From NCBI GenBank assembly GCA_964057225.1, contig OZ059899.1, positions 3,224,001 to 3,288,000 of the forward strand: a DNA stretch of 64,000 nt. The letters are read 5' to 3'. This document shows, piece after piece, positions 47,301-62,300 of the stretch. The notes beneath the pieces are model-generated. The model worked only from the letters and a program-made list of their open reading frames with translations. It did not search any database and was not told where the DNA came from. Within the stretch, counting starts at the first letter, position 1; each line of letters starts with the position of its first letter. Origin of the DNA: Auanema rhodensis (taxonomy: Eukaryota > Animalia > Nematoda). The translations under genes and the position numbers were made by a program.

Positions 47301-50300
47301 TGGAATCTAAAAACATCTACTTTTTGCTAAATTATTTTGAAATTTTTCGAAAAAATTTTTGTCAAAATGTTTTTGGAAGCAATGTTGAGTGTACATGGAA
47401 ACTCAACATACACTAATGCATCATTTTTCAAACGATCATAACTAATTTTTGTATTAAGCGTTTCTCAATGTAGTATAGTGCATTCGATGCGGATTTTCAA
47501 GCTGCGTCGATCTGTGTTATCAGATTTGCGCTAGCTTAAAAATGCACCGAGATATCAACTGATATAAGTTCACACATATATACCCGATTTTCACCCTGAA
47601 GAATTAATTTTTTCGTTAAATAACCTTGTCCATCGTTTTTGTCTTAAAAAATAGAATCTAAAAACATCTACTTTTTGCTAAATTATTTTGAAATTTTTCG
47701 AAAAAATTTTTGTCAAAATGTTTTTGGAAGCAATGTTGAGTGTACATGGAAACTCAACATATACTAATGCATCATTTTTCAAACGATCATAACTAATTTT
47801 TGTATCAAGTGTTTCTCAATGTAGTATAGTGCATTCGATGCGGATTTTTAAGCTGCGTCGATCTGTGTTATCAGATTTGCGCTAGCTTAAAAATGCACCG
47901 AGATATCAACTGATATAAGTTCACACTTATATCCTCGATTTTCACCCTGAAGAATTAATTTTTTCGTTGAATAACATTGTCTATCGTCTTTGCCTTGAGA
48001 AATGGAATCTACAAACATCTACTTTTTGCTAAATTATTTTGAATTTTTTCGAAAAAATTTTTGTCAAAATGTTTTTGGAAGCAATGTTGAGTGTACATGG
48101 AAACTCAACATACACTAATGCATCATTTTTCAAACGATCATAACTAATTTTTGTATTAAGCGTTTCTCAATGTAGTATAGTGCATTCGATGCGGATTTTT
48201 AAGCTGCGTCGATCTGTGTTATCAGATTTGCGCTAGCTTAAAAATGCACCGAGATATCAACTGATATAAGTTCACACTTATATCCTCGATTTTCACCCTG
48301 AAGAAATAATTTTTTCGTTGAATAACATTGTCCATCGTCTTTGCCTTGAAAAAAGGAATCTAAAAACATCTACTTTTTGCTAAATTATTTTGAAATTTTT
48401 CGAAAAAATTTTTGTCAAAATGTTTTTGGAAGCAATGTTGAGTGTACATGGAAACTCAACATACACTAATGCATCATTTTTCAAACGATCATAACTAATT
48501 TTTGTATTAAGCGTTTCTCAATGAAGTATAGTGCATTCGATGCGGATTTTTAAGCTGCGTCGATCTGTGTTTTCAGATTTGCGCTAGCTTAAAAATGCAC
48601 CGAGATATCAACTGATATAAGTTCACACTTATATCCTCGATTTTCACCCTGAAGAATTAATTTTTTCGTTGAATAACATTGTCTATCGTCTTTGCCTTGA
48701 GAAATGGAATCTACAAACATCTACTTTTTGCTAAATTATTTTGAATTTTTTCGAAAAAATTTTTGTCAAAATGTTTTTGGAAGCAATGTTGAGTGTACAT
48801 GGAAACTCAACATACACTAATGCATCATTTTTCAAACGATCATAACTAATTTTTGTATTAAGCGTTTCTCAATGTAGTATAGTGCATTCGATGCGGATTT
48901 TTAAGCTGCGTCGATCTGTGTTATCAGATTTGCGCTAGCTTAAAAATGCACCGAGATATCAACTGATATAAGTTCACACTTATATCCTCGATTTTCACCC
49001 TGAAGAAATAATTTTTTCGTTGAATAACATTGTCCATCGTCTTTGCCTTGAAAAAAGGAATCTAAAAACATCTACTTTTTGCTAAATTATTTTGAAATTT
49101 TTCGAAAAAATTTTTGTCAAAATGTTTTTGGAAGCAATGTTGAGTGTACATGGAAACTCAACATACACTAATGCATCATTTTTCAAACGATCATAACTAA
49201 TTTTTGTATTAAGCGTTTCTCAATGAAATATAGTGCATTCGATGCGGATTTTTAAGCTGCGTCGATCTGTGTTTTCAGATTTGCGCTAGCTTAAAAATGC
49301 ACCGAGATATCAACTGATATATGTTCACACTTATATCCTCGATTTTCACCCTGAAGAATTAATTTTTTCGTTGAATAACATTGTCCATCGTCTTTGCCTT
49401 GAAAAATGGAATCTAAAAACATCTACTTTTTGCTAAATTATTTTGAAATTTTTCGAAAAAATTTTTGTCAAAATGTTTTTGGAAGCAATGTTGAGTGTAC
49501 ATGGAAACTCAACATACACTAATGCATCATTTTTCAAACGATCATAACTAATTTTTGTATTAAGCGTTTCTCAATGTAGTATAGTGCATTCGATGCGGAT
49601 TTTTAAGCTGCGTCGATCTGTGTTATCAGATTTGCGCTAGCTTAAAAATGCACCGAGATATCAACTGATATAAGTTCACACTTATATCCTCGATTTTCAC
49701 CCTGAAGAATTAATTTTTTCGTTGAATAACATTGTCCATCGTCTTTGCCTTGAAAAATGGAATCTAAAAACACCTACTTTTTGCTAAATTATTTTGAAAT
49801 TTTTCGAAAAAATTTTTGTCAAAATGTTTTTGGAAGCAATGTTGAGTGTACATGGAAACTCAACATACACTAATGCATCATTTTTCAAACGATCATAACT
49901 AATTTTTGTATTAAGCGTTTCTCAATGTAGTATAGTGCATTCGATGCGGATTTTCAAGCTGCGTCGATCTGTGTTATCAGATTTGCGCTAGCTTAAAAAT
50001 GCACCGAGATATCAACTGATATAAGTTCACACTTATATCCTCGATTTTCACCCTGAAGAAATAATTTTTTCGTTGAATAACATTGTTTATCGTCTTTGCC
50101 TTGAGAAATGGAATCTACAAACATCTACTTTTTGCTAAATTATTTTGAATTTTTTCGAAAAAATTTTTGTCAAAATGTTTTTGGAAGCAATGTTGAGTGT
50201 ACATGGAAACTCAACATACACTAATGCATCATTTTTCAAACGATCATAACTAATTTTTGTATTAAGCGTTTCTCAATGTAGTATAGTGCATTCGATGCGG

Positions 50301-53300
50301 ATTTTTAAGCTGCGTCGATCTGTGTTATCAGATTTGCGCTAGCTTAAAAATGCACCGAGATATCAACTGATATAAGTTCACACTTATATCCTCGATTTTC
50401 ACCCTGAAGAAATAATTTTTTCGTTGAATAACATTGTCCATCGTCTTTGCCTTGAAAAAAGGAATCTAAAAACATCTACTTTTTGCTAAATTATTTTGAA
50501 ATTTTTCGAAAAAATTTTTGTCAAAATGTTTTTGGAAGCAATGTTGAGTGTACATGGAAACTCAACATACACTAATGCATCATTTTTCAAACGATCATAA
50601 CTAATTTTTGTATTAAGCGTTTCTCAATGAAGTATAGTGCATTCGATGCGGATTTTCAAGCTGCGTCGATCTGTGTTATCAGATTTGCGCTAGCTTAAAA
50701 ATGCACCGAGATATCAACTGATATAAGTTCACACATATATACCCGATTTTCACCCTGAAGAATTAATTTTTTCGTTAAATAACCTTGTCCATCGTCTTTG
50801 TCTTGAAAAATAGAATCTTAAAACATCTACTTTTTGCTAAATTATTTTGAAATTTTTCGAAAAAATTTTTGTCAAAATGTTTTTGGAAGCAATGTTGAGT
50901 GTACATGGAAACTCAACATATACTAATGCATCATTTTTCAAACGATCATAACTAATTTTTGTATCAAGTGTTTCTCAATGTAGTATAGTGCATTCGATGC
51001 GGATTTTTAAGCTGCGTCGATCTGTGTTATCAGATTTGCGCTAGCTTAAAAATGCACCGAGATATCAACTGATATAAGTTCACACATATATACCCGATTT
51101 TCACCCTGAAGAATTAACTTTTTCGTTAAATAACCTTGTCCATCGTTTTTGTCTTAAAAAATAGAATCTAAAAACATCTACTTTTTGCTAAATTATTTTG
51201 AAATTTTTCGAAAAAATTTTTGTCAAAATGTTTTTGGAAGCAATGTTGAGTGTACATGGAAACTCAACATACACTAATGCATCATTTTTCAAACGATCAT
51301 AACTAATTTTTGTATTAAGCGTTTCTCAATGTAGTATAGTGCATTCGATGCGGATTTTTAAGCTGCGTCGATCTGTGTTATCCGATTTGCGCTAGCTTAA
51401 AAATGCACCGAGATATCAACTGATATAAGTTCACACTTATATCCTCGATTTTCACCCTGAAGAATTAATTTTTTCGTTGAATAACATTGTCCATCGTCTT
51501 TGCCTTGAAAAATGGAATCTAAAAACACCTACTTTTTGCTAAATTATTTTGAAATTTTTCGAAAAAATTTTTGTCAAAATGTTTTTGGAAGCAATGTTGA
51601 GTGTACATGGAAACTCAACATACACTAATGCATCATTTTTCAAACGATCATAACTAATTTTTGTATTAAGCGTTTCTCAATGTAGTATAGTGCATTCGAT
51701 GCGGATTTTCAAGCTGCGTCGATCTGTGTTATCAGATTTGCGCTAGCTTAAAAATGCACCGAGATATCAACTGATATAAGTTCACACATATATACCCGAT
51801 TTTCACCCTGAAGAATTAATTTTTTCGTTAAATAACCTTGTCCATCGTTTTTGTCTTAAAAAATAGAATCTAAAAACATCTACTTTTTGCTAAATTATTT
51901 TGAAATTTTTCGAAAAAATTTTTGTCAAAATGTTTTTGGAAGCAATGTTGAGTGTACATGGAAACTCAACATACACTAATGCATCATTTTTCAAACGATC
52001 ATAACTAATTTTTGTATTAAGCGTTTCTCAATGTAGTATAGTGCATTCGATGCGGATTTTCAAGCTGCGTCGATCTGTGTTATCAGATTTGCGCTAGCTT
52101 AAAAATGCACCGAGATATCAACTGATATAAGTTCACACATATATACCCGATTTTCACCCTGAAGAATTAATTTTTTCGTTAAATAACCTTGTCCATCGTT
52201 TTTGTCTTAAAAAATAGAATCTAAAAACATCTACTTTTTGCTAAATTATTTTGAAATTTTTCGAAAAAATTTTTGTCAAAATGTTTTTGGAAGCAATGTT
52301 GAGTGTACATGGAAACTCAACATATACTAATGCATCATTTTTCAAACGATCATAACTAATTTTTGTATCAAGTGTTTCTCAATGTAGTATAGTGCATTCG
52401 ATGCGGATTTTTAAGCTGCGTCGATCTGTGTTATCAGATTTGCGCTAGCTTAAAAATGCACCGAGATATCAACTGATATAAGTTCACACTTATATCCTCG
52501 ATTTTCACCCTGAAGAATTAATTTTTTCGTTGAATAACATTGTCTATCGTCTTTGCCTTGAGAAATGGAATCTACAAACATCTACTTTTTGCTAAATTAT
52601 TTTGAATTTTTTCGAAAAAATTTTTGTCAAAATGTTTTTGGAAGCAATGTTGAGTGTACATGGAAACTCAACATACACTAATGCATCATTTTTCAAACGA
52701 TCATAACTAATTTTTGTATTAAGCGTTTCTCAATGTAGTATAGTGCATTCGATGCGGATTTTTAAGCTGCGTCGATCTGTGTTATCAGATTTGCGCTAGC
52801 TTAAAAATGCACCGAGATATCAACTGATATAAGTTCACACTTATATCCTCGATTTTCACCCTGAAGAAATAATTTTTTCGTTGAATAACATTGTCCATCG
52901 TCTTTGCCTTGAAAAAAGGAATCTAAAAACATCTACTTTTTGCTAAATTATTTTGAAATTTTTCGAAAAAATTTTTGTCAAAATGTTTTTGGAAGCAATG
53001 TTGAGTGTACATGGAAACTCAACATACACTAATGCATCATTTTTCAAACGATCATAACTAATTTTTGTATTAAGCGTTTCTCAATGAAGTATAGTGCATT
53101 CGATGCGGATTTTTAAGCTGCGTCGATCTGTGTTTTCAGATTTGCGCTAGCTTAAAAATGCACCGAGATATCAACTGATATATGTTCACACTTATATCCT
53201 CGATTTTCACCCTGAAGAATTAATTTTTTCGTTGAATAACATTGTCCATCGTCTTTGCCTTGAAAAATGGAATCTAAAAACATCTACTTTTTGCTAAATT

Positions 53301-56300
53301 ATTTTGAAATTTTTCGAAAAAATTTTTGTCAAAATGTTTTTGGAAGCAATGTTGAGTGTACATGGAAACTCAACATACACTAATGCATCATTTTTCAAAC
53401 GATCATAACTAATTTTTGTATTAAGCGTTTCTCAATGTAGTATAGTGCATTCGATGCGGATTTTTAAGCTGCGTCGATCTGTGTTATCAGATTTGCGCTA
53501 GCTTAAAAATGCACCGAGATATCAACTGATATAAGTTCACACTTATATCCTCGATTTTCACCCTGAAGAATTAATTTTTTCGTTGAATAACATTGTCCAT
53601 CGTCTTTGCCTTGAAAAATGGAATCTAAAAACACCTACTTTTTGCTAAATTATTTTGAAATTTTTCGAAAAAATTTTTGTCAAAATGTTTTTGGAAGCAA
53701 TGTTGAGTGTACATGGAAACTCAACATACACTAATGCATCATTTTTCAAACGATCATAACTAATTTTTGTATTAAGCGTTTCTCAATGTAGTATAGTGCA
53801 TTCGATGCGGATTTTCAAGCTGCGTCGATCTGTGTTATCAGATTTGCGCTAGCTTAAAAATGCACCGAGATATCAACTGATATAAGTTCACACTTATATC
53901 CTCGATTTTCACCCTGAAGAAATAATTTTTTCGTTGAATAACATTGTCCATCGTCTTTGCCTTGAAAAAAGGAATCTAAAAACATCTACTTTTTGCTAAA
54001 TTATTTTGAAATTTTTCGAAAAAATTTTTGTCAAAATGTTTTTGGAAGCAATGTTGAGTGTACATGGAAACTCAACATACACTAATGCATCATTTTTCAA
54101 ACGATCATAACTAATTTTTGTATTAAGCGTTTCTCAATGTAGTATAGTGCATTCGATGCGGATTTTTAAGCTGCGTCGATCTGTGTTATCAGATTCGCGC
54201 TAGCTTAAAAATGCACCGAGATATCAACTGATATAAGTTCACACTTATATCCTCGATTTTCACCCTGAAGAAATAATTTTTTCGTTGAATAACATTGTCC
54301 ATCGTCTTTGCCTTGAAAAAAGGAATCTAAAAACATCTACTTTTTGCTAAATTATTTTGAAATTTTTCGAAAAAATTTTTGTCAAAATGTTTTTGGAAGC
54401 AATGTTGAGTGTACATGGAAACTCAACATACACTAATGCATCATTTTTCAAACGATCATAACTAATTTTTGTATTAAGCGTTTCTCAATGAAGTATAGTG
54501 CATTCGATGCGGATTTTTAAGCTGCGTCGATCTGTGTTTTCAGATTTGCGCTAGCTTAAAAATGCACCGAGATATCAACTGATATATGTTCACACTTATA
54601 TCCTCGATTTTCACCCTGAAGAATTAATTTTTTCGTTGAATAACATTGTCCATCGTCTTTGCCTTGAAAAATGGAATCTAAAAACATCTACTTTTTGCTA
54701 AATTATTTTGAAATTTTTCGAAAAAATTTTTGTCAAAATGTTTTTGGAAGCAATGTTGAGTGTACATGGAAACTCAACATACACTAATGCATCATTTTTC
54801 AAACGATCATAACTAATTTTTGTATTAAGTGTTTCTCAATGTAGTATAGTGCATTCGATGCGGATTTTTAAGCTGCGTCGATCTGTGTTATCAGATTTGC
54901 GCTAGCTTAAAAATGCACCGAGATATCAACTGATATAAGTTCACACATATATACCCGATTTTCACCCTGAAGAATTAACTTTTTCGTTAAATAACCTTGT
55001 CCATCGTTTTTGTCTTAAAAAATAGAATCTAAAAACATCTACTTTTTGCTAAATTATTTTGAAATTTTTCGAAAAAATTTTTGTCAAAATGTTTTTGGAA
55101 GCAATGTTGAGTGTACATGGAAACTCAACATACACTAATGCATCATTTTTCAAACGATCATAACTAATTTTTGTATTAAGCGTTTCTCAATGTAGTATAG
55201 TGCATTCGATGCGGATTTTTAAGCTGCGTCGATCTGTGTTATCAGATTTGCGCTAGCTTAAAAATGCACCGAGATATCAACTGATATAAGTTCACACTTA
55301 TATCCTCGATTTTCACCCTGAAGAATTAATTTTTTCGTTGAATAACATTGTCCATCGTCTTTGCCTTGAAAAATGGAATCTAAAAACACCTACTTTTTGC
55401 TAAATTATTTTGAAATTTTTCGAAAAAATTTTTGTCAAAATGTTTTTGGAAGCAATGTTGAGTGTACATGGAAACTCAACATACACTAATGCATCATTTT
55501 TCAAACGATCATAACTAATTTTTGTATTAAGCGTTTCTCAATGTAGTATAGTGCATTCGATGCGGATTTTCAAGCTGCGTCGATCTGTGTTATCAGATTT
55601 GCGCTAGCTTAAAAATGCACCGAGATATCAACTGATATAAGTTCACACATATATACCCGATTTTCACCCTGAAGAATTAATTTTTTCGTTAAATAACCTT
55701 GTCCATCGTTTTTGTCTTAAAAAATAGAATCTAAAAACATCTACTTTTTGCTAAATTATTTTGAAATTTTTCGAAAAAATTTTTGTCAAAATGTTTTTGG
55801 AAGCAATGTTGAGTGTACATGGAAACTCAACATACACTAATGCATCATTTTTCAAACGATCATAACTAATTTTTGTATTAAGCGTTTCTCAATGTAGTAT
55901 AGTGCATTCGATGCGGATTTTCAAGCTGCGTCGATCTGTGTTATCAGATTTGCGCTAGCTTAAAAATGCACCGAGATATCAACTGATATAAGTTCACACA
56001 TATATACCCGATTTTCACCCTGAAGAATTAATTTTTTCGTTAAATAACCTTGTCCATCGTCTTTGTCTTGAAAAATAGAATCTAAAAACATCTACTTTTT
56101 GCTAAATTATTTTGAAATTTTTCGAAAAAATTTTTGTCAAAATGTTTTTGGAAGCAATGTTGAGTGTACATGGAAACTCAACATATACTAATGCATCATT
56201 TTTCAAACGATCATAACTAATTTTTGTATCAAGTGTTTCTCAATGTAGTATAGTGCATTCGATGCGGATTTTTAAGCTGCGTCGATCTGTGTTATAAGAT

Positions 56301-59300
56301 TTGCGCTAGCTTAAAAATGCACCGAGATATCAACTGATATAAGTTCACACTTATATCCTCGATTTTCACCCTGAAGAATTAATTTTTTCGTTGAATAACA
56401 TTGTCTATCGTCTTTGCCTTGAGAAATGGAATCTACAAACATCTACTTTTTGCTAAATTATTTTGAATTTTTTCGAAAAAATTTTTGTCAAAATGTTTTT
56501 GGAAGCAATGTTGAGTGTACATGGAAACTCAACATACACTAATGCATCATTTTTCAAACGATCATAACTAATTTTTGTATTAAGCGTTTCTCAATGTAGT
56601 ATAGTGCATTCGATGCGGATTTTTAAGCTGCGTCGATCTGTGTTATCAGATTTGCGCTAGCTTAAAAATGCACCGAGATATCAACTGATATAAGTTCACA
56701 CTTATATCCTCGATTTTCACCCTGAAGAAATAATTTTTTCGTTGAATAACATTGTCCATCGTCTTTGCCTTGAAAAAAGGAATCTAAAAACATCTACTTT
56801 TTGCTAAATTATTTTGAAATTTTTCGAAAAAAGTTTTGTCAAAATGTTTTTGGAAGCAATGTTGAGTGTACATGGAAACTCAACATACACTAATGCATCA
56901 TTTTTCAAACGATCATAACTAATTTTTGTATTAAGCGTTTTTCAATGTAGTATAGTGCATTCGATGCGGATTTTCAAGCTGCGTCGATCTGTGTTATCAG
57001 ATTTGCGCTAGCTTAAAAATGCACCGAGATATCAACTGATATAAGTTCACACATATATACCCGATTTTCACCCTGAAGAATTAATTTTTTCGTTAAATAA
57101 CCTTGTCCATCGTCTTTGTCTTGAAAAATAGAATCTAAAAACATCTACTTTTTGCTAAATTATTTTGAAATTTTTCGAAAAAATTTTTGTCAAAATGTTT
57201 TTGGAAGCAATGTTGAGTGTACATGGAAACTCAACATATACTAATGCATCATTTTTCAAACGATCATAACTAATTTTTGTATCAAGTGTTTCTCAATGTA
57301 GTATAGTGCATTCGATGCGGATTTTTAAGCTGCGTCGATCTGTGTTATAAGATTTGCGCTAGCTTAAAAATGCACCGAGATATCAACTGATATAAGTTCA
57401 CACTTATATCCTCGATTTTCACCCTGAAGAATTAATTTTTTCGTTGAATAACATTGTCTATCGTCTTTGCCTTGAGAAATGGAATCTACAAACATCTACT
57501 TTTTGCTAAATTATTTTGAATTTTTTCGAAAAAATTTTTGTCAAAATGTTTTTGGAAGCAATGTTGAGTGTACATGGAAACTCAACATACACTAATGCAT
57601 CATTTTTCAAACGATCATAACTAATTTTTGTATTAAGCGTTTCTCAATGTAGTATAGTGCATTCGATGCGGATTTTTAAGCTGCGTCGATCTGTGTTATC
57701 AGATTTGCGCTAGCTTAAAAATGCACCGAGATATCAACTGATATAAGTTCACACTTATATCCTCGATTTTCACCCTGAAGAAATAATTTTTTCGTTGAAT
57801 AACATTGTCCATCGTCTTTGCCTTGAAAAAAGAAATCTAAAAACATCTACTTTTTGCTAAATTATTTTGAAATTTTTCGAAAAAATTTTTGTCAAAATGT
57901 TTTTGGAAGCAATGTTGAGTGTACATGGAAACTCAACATATACTAATGCATCATTTTTCAAACGATCATAACTAATTTTTGTATCAAGTGTTTCTCAATG
58001 TAGTATAGTGCATTCGATGCGGATTTTTAAGCTGCGTCGATCTGTGTTATCAGATTTGCGCTAGCTTAAAAATGCACCGAGATATCAACTGATATAAGTT
58101 CACACTTATATCCTCGATTTTCACCCTGAAGAATTAATTTTTTCGTTGAATAACATTGTCTATCGTCTTTGCCTTGAGAAATGGAATCTACAAACATCTA
58201 CTTTTTGCTAAATTATTTTGAATTTTTTCGAAAAAATTTTTGTCAAAATGTTTTTGGAAGCAATGTTGAGTGTACATGGAAACTCAACATACACTAATGC
58301 ATCATTTTTCAAACGATCATAACTAATTTTTGTATTAAGCGTTTCTCAATGTAGTATAGTGCATTCGATGCGGATTTTTAAGCTGCGTCGATCTGTGTTA
58401 TCAGATTTGCGCTAGCTTAAAAATGCACCGAGATATCAACTGATATAAGTTCACACTTATATCCTCGATTTTCACCCTGAAGAAATAATTTTTTCGTTGA
58501 ATAACATTGTCCATCGTCTTTGCCTTGAAAAAAGGAATCTAAAAACATCTACTTTTTGCTAAATTATTTTGAAATTTTTCGAAAAAAGTTTTGTCAAAAT
58601 GTTTTTGGAAGCAATGTTGAGTGTACATGGAAACTCAACATACACTAATGCATCATTTTTCAAACGATCATAACTAATTTTGTGGAATCGAATGGAATCT
58701 ACAAACATCTACTTTTTGCTAAATTATTTTGAAATTTTTCGAAAAAATTTTTGTCAAAATGTTTTTGGAAGCAATGTTGAGTGTACATGGAAACTCAACA
58801 TACACTAATGCATCATTTTTCAAACGATCATAACTAATTTTTGTATTAAGCGTTTCTCAATGTAGTATAGTGCATTCGATGCGGATTTTCAAGCTGCGTC
58901 GATCTGTGTTATCAGATTTGCGCTAGCTTAAAAATGCACCGAGATATCAACTGATATAAGTTCACACATATATACCCGATTTTCACCCTGAAGAATTAAT
59001 TTTTTCGTTAAATAACCTTGTCCATCGTCTTTGTCTTGAAAAATAGAATCTAAAAACATCTACTTTTTGCTAAATTATTTTGAAATTTTTCGAAAAAATT
59101 TTTGTCAAAATGTTTTTGGAAGCAATGTTGAGTGTACATGGAAACTCAACATACACTAATGCATCATTTTTCAAACGATCATAACTAATTTTTGTATTAA
59201 GCGTTTCTCAATGTAGTATAGTGCATTCGATGCGGATTTTTAAGCTGCGTCGATCTGTGTTATCAGATTTGCGCTAGCTTAAAAATGCACCGAGATATCA

Positions 59301-62300
59301 ACTGATATAAGTTCACACTTATATCCTCGATTTTCACCCTGAAGAAATAATTTTTTCGTTGAATAACATTGTCCATCGTCTTTGCCTTGAAAAAAGGAAT
59401 CTAAAAACATCTACTTTTTGCTAAATTATTTTGAAATTTTTCGAAAAAATTTTTGTCAAAATGTTTTTGGAAGCAATGTTGAGTGTACATGGAAACTCAA
59501 CATACACTAATGCATCATTTTTCAAACGATCATAACTAATTTTTGTATTAAGCGTTTCTCAATGAAGTATAGTGCATTCGATGCGGATTTTTAAGCTGCG
59601 TCGATCTGTGTTTTCAGATTTGCGCTAGCTTAAAAATGCACCGAGATATCAACTGATATAAGTTCACACATATATACCCGATTTTCACCCTGAAGAATTA
59701 ATTTTTTCGTTAAATAACCTTGTCCATCGTTTTTGTCTTAAAAAATAGAATCTAAAAACATCTACTTTTTGCTAAATTATTTTGAAATTTTTCGAAAAAA
59801 TTTTTGTCAAAATGTTTTTGGAAGCAATGTTGAGTGTACATGGAAACTCAACATATACTAATGCATCATTTTTCAAACGATCATAACTAATTTTTGTATC
59901 AAGTGTTTCTCAATGTAGTATAGTGCATTCGATGCGGATTTTTAAGCTGCGTCGATCTGTGTTATCAGATTTGCGCTAGCTTAAAAATGCACCGAGATAT
60001 CAACTGATATAAGTTCACACTTATATCCTCGATTTTCACCCTGAAGAATTAATTTTTTCGTTGAATAACATTGTCTATCGTCTTTGCCTTGAGAAATGGA
60101 ATCTACAAACATCTACTTTTTGCTAAATTATTTTGAATTTTTTCGAAAAAATTTTTGTCAAAATGTTTTTGGAAGCAATGTTGAGTGTACATGGAAACTC
60201 AACATATACTAATGCATCATTTTTCAAACGATCATAACTAATTTTTGTATCAAGTGTTTCTCAATGTAGTATAGTGCATTCGATGCGGATTTTTAAGCTG
60301 CGTCGATCTGTGTTATCAGATTTGCGCTAGCTTAAAAATGCACCGAGATATCAACTGATATAAGTTCACACTTATATCCTCGATTTTCACCCTGAAGAAT
60401 TAATTTTTTCGTTGAATAACATTGTCTATCGTCTTTGCCTTGAGAAATGGAATCTACAAACATCTACTTTTTGCTAAATTATCTTGAATTTTTTCGAAAA
60501 AATTTTTGTCAAAATGTTTTTGGAAGCAATGTTGAGTGTACATGGAAACTCAACATACACTAATGCATCATTTTTCAAACGATCATAACTAATTTTTGTA
60601 TTAAGCGTTTCTCAATGTAGTATAGTGCATTCGATGCGGATTTTTAAGCTGCGTCGATCTGTGTTATCAGATTTGCGCTAGCTTAAAAATGCACCGAGAT
60701 ATCAACTGATATAAGTTCACACTTATATCCTCGATTTTCACCCTGAAGAAATAATTTTTTCGTTGAATAACATTGTCCATCGTCTTTGCCTTGAAAAAAG
60801 GAATCTAAAAACATCTACTTTTTGCTAAATTATTTTGAAATTTTTCGAAAAAAGTTTTGTCAAAATGTTTTTGAAAGCAATGTTGAGTGTACATGGAAAC
60901 TCAACATACACTAATGCATCATTTTTCAAACGATCATAACTAATTTTTGTATTAAGCGTTTCTCAATGTAGTATAGTGCATTCGATGCGGATTTTCAAGC
61001 TGCGTCGATCTGTGTTATCAGATTTGCGCTAGCTTAAAAATGCACCGAGATATCAACTGATATAAGTTCACACATATATACCCGATTTTCACCCTGAAGA
61101 ATTAATTTTTTCGTTAAATAACCTTGTCCATCGTCTTTGTCTTGAAAAATAGAATCTAAAAACATCTACTTTTTGCTAAATTATTTTGAAATTTTTCGAA
61201 AAAATTTTTGTCAAAATGTTTTTGGAAGCAATGTTGAGTGTACATGGAAACTCAACATATACTAATGCATCATTTTTCAAACGATCATAACTAATTTTTG
61301 TATCAAGTGTTTCTCAATGTAGTATAGTGCATTCGATGCGGATTTTTAAGCTGCGTCGATCTGTGTTATCAGATTTGCGCTAGCTTAAAAATGCACCGAG
61401 ATATCAACTGATATAAGTTCACACTTATATCCTCGATTTTCACCCTGAAGAATTAATTTTTTCGTTGAATAACATTGTCTATCGTCTTTGCCTTGAGAAA
61501 TGGAATCTACAAACATCTACTTTTTGCTAAATTATTTTGAATTTTTTCGAAAAAATTTTTGTCAAAATGTTTTTGGAAGCAATGTTGAGTGTACATGGAA
61601 ACTCAACATACACTAATGCATCATTTTTCAAACGATCATAACTAATTTTTGTATCAAGCGTTTCTCAATGTAGTATAGTGCATTCGATGCGGATTTTTAA
61701 GCTGCGTCGATCTGTGTTATCAGATTTGCGCTAGCTTAAAAATGCACCGAGATATCAACTGATATAAGTTCACACTTATATCCTCGATTTTCACCCTGAA
61801 GAAATAATTTTTTCGTTGAATAACATTGTCCATCGTCTTTGCCTTGAAAAAAGGAATCTAAAAACATCTACTTTTTGCTAAATTATTTTGAAATTTTTCG
61901 AAAAAATTTTTGTCAAAATGTTTTTGGAAGCAATGTTGAGTGTACATGGAAACTCAACATACACTAATGCATCATTTTTCAAACGATCATAACTAATTTT
62001 TGTATTAAGCGTTTCTCAATGAAGTATAGTGCATTCGATGCGGATTTTTAAGCTGCGTCGATCTGTGTTTTCAGATTTGCGCTAGCTTAAAAATGCACCG
62101 AGATATCAACTGATATAAGTTCACACATATATACCCGATTTTCACCCTGAAGAATTAATTTTTTCGTTAAATAACCTTGTCCATCGTTTTTGTCTTAAAA
62201 AATAGAATCTAAAAACATCTACTTTTTGCTAAATTATTTTGAAATTTTTCGAAAAAATTTTTGTCAAAATGTTTTTGGAAGCAATGTTGAGTGTACATGG

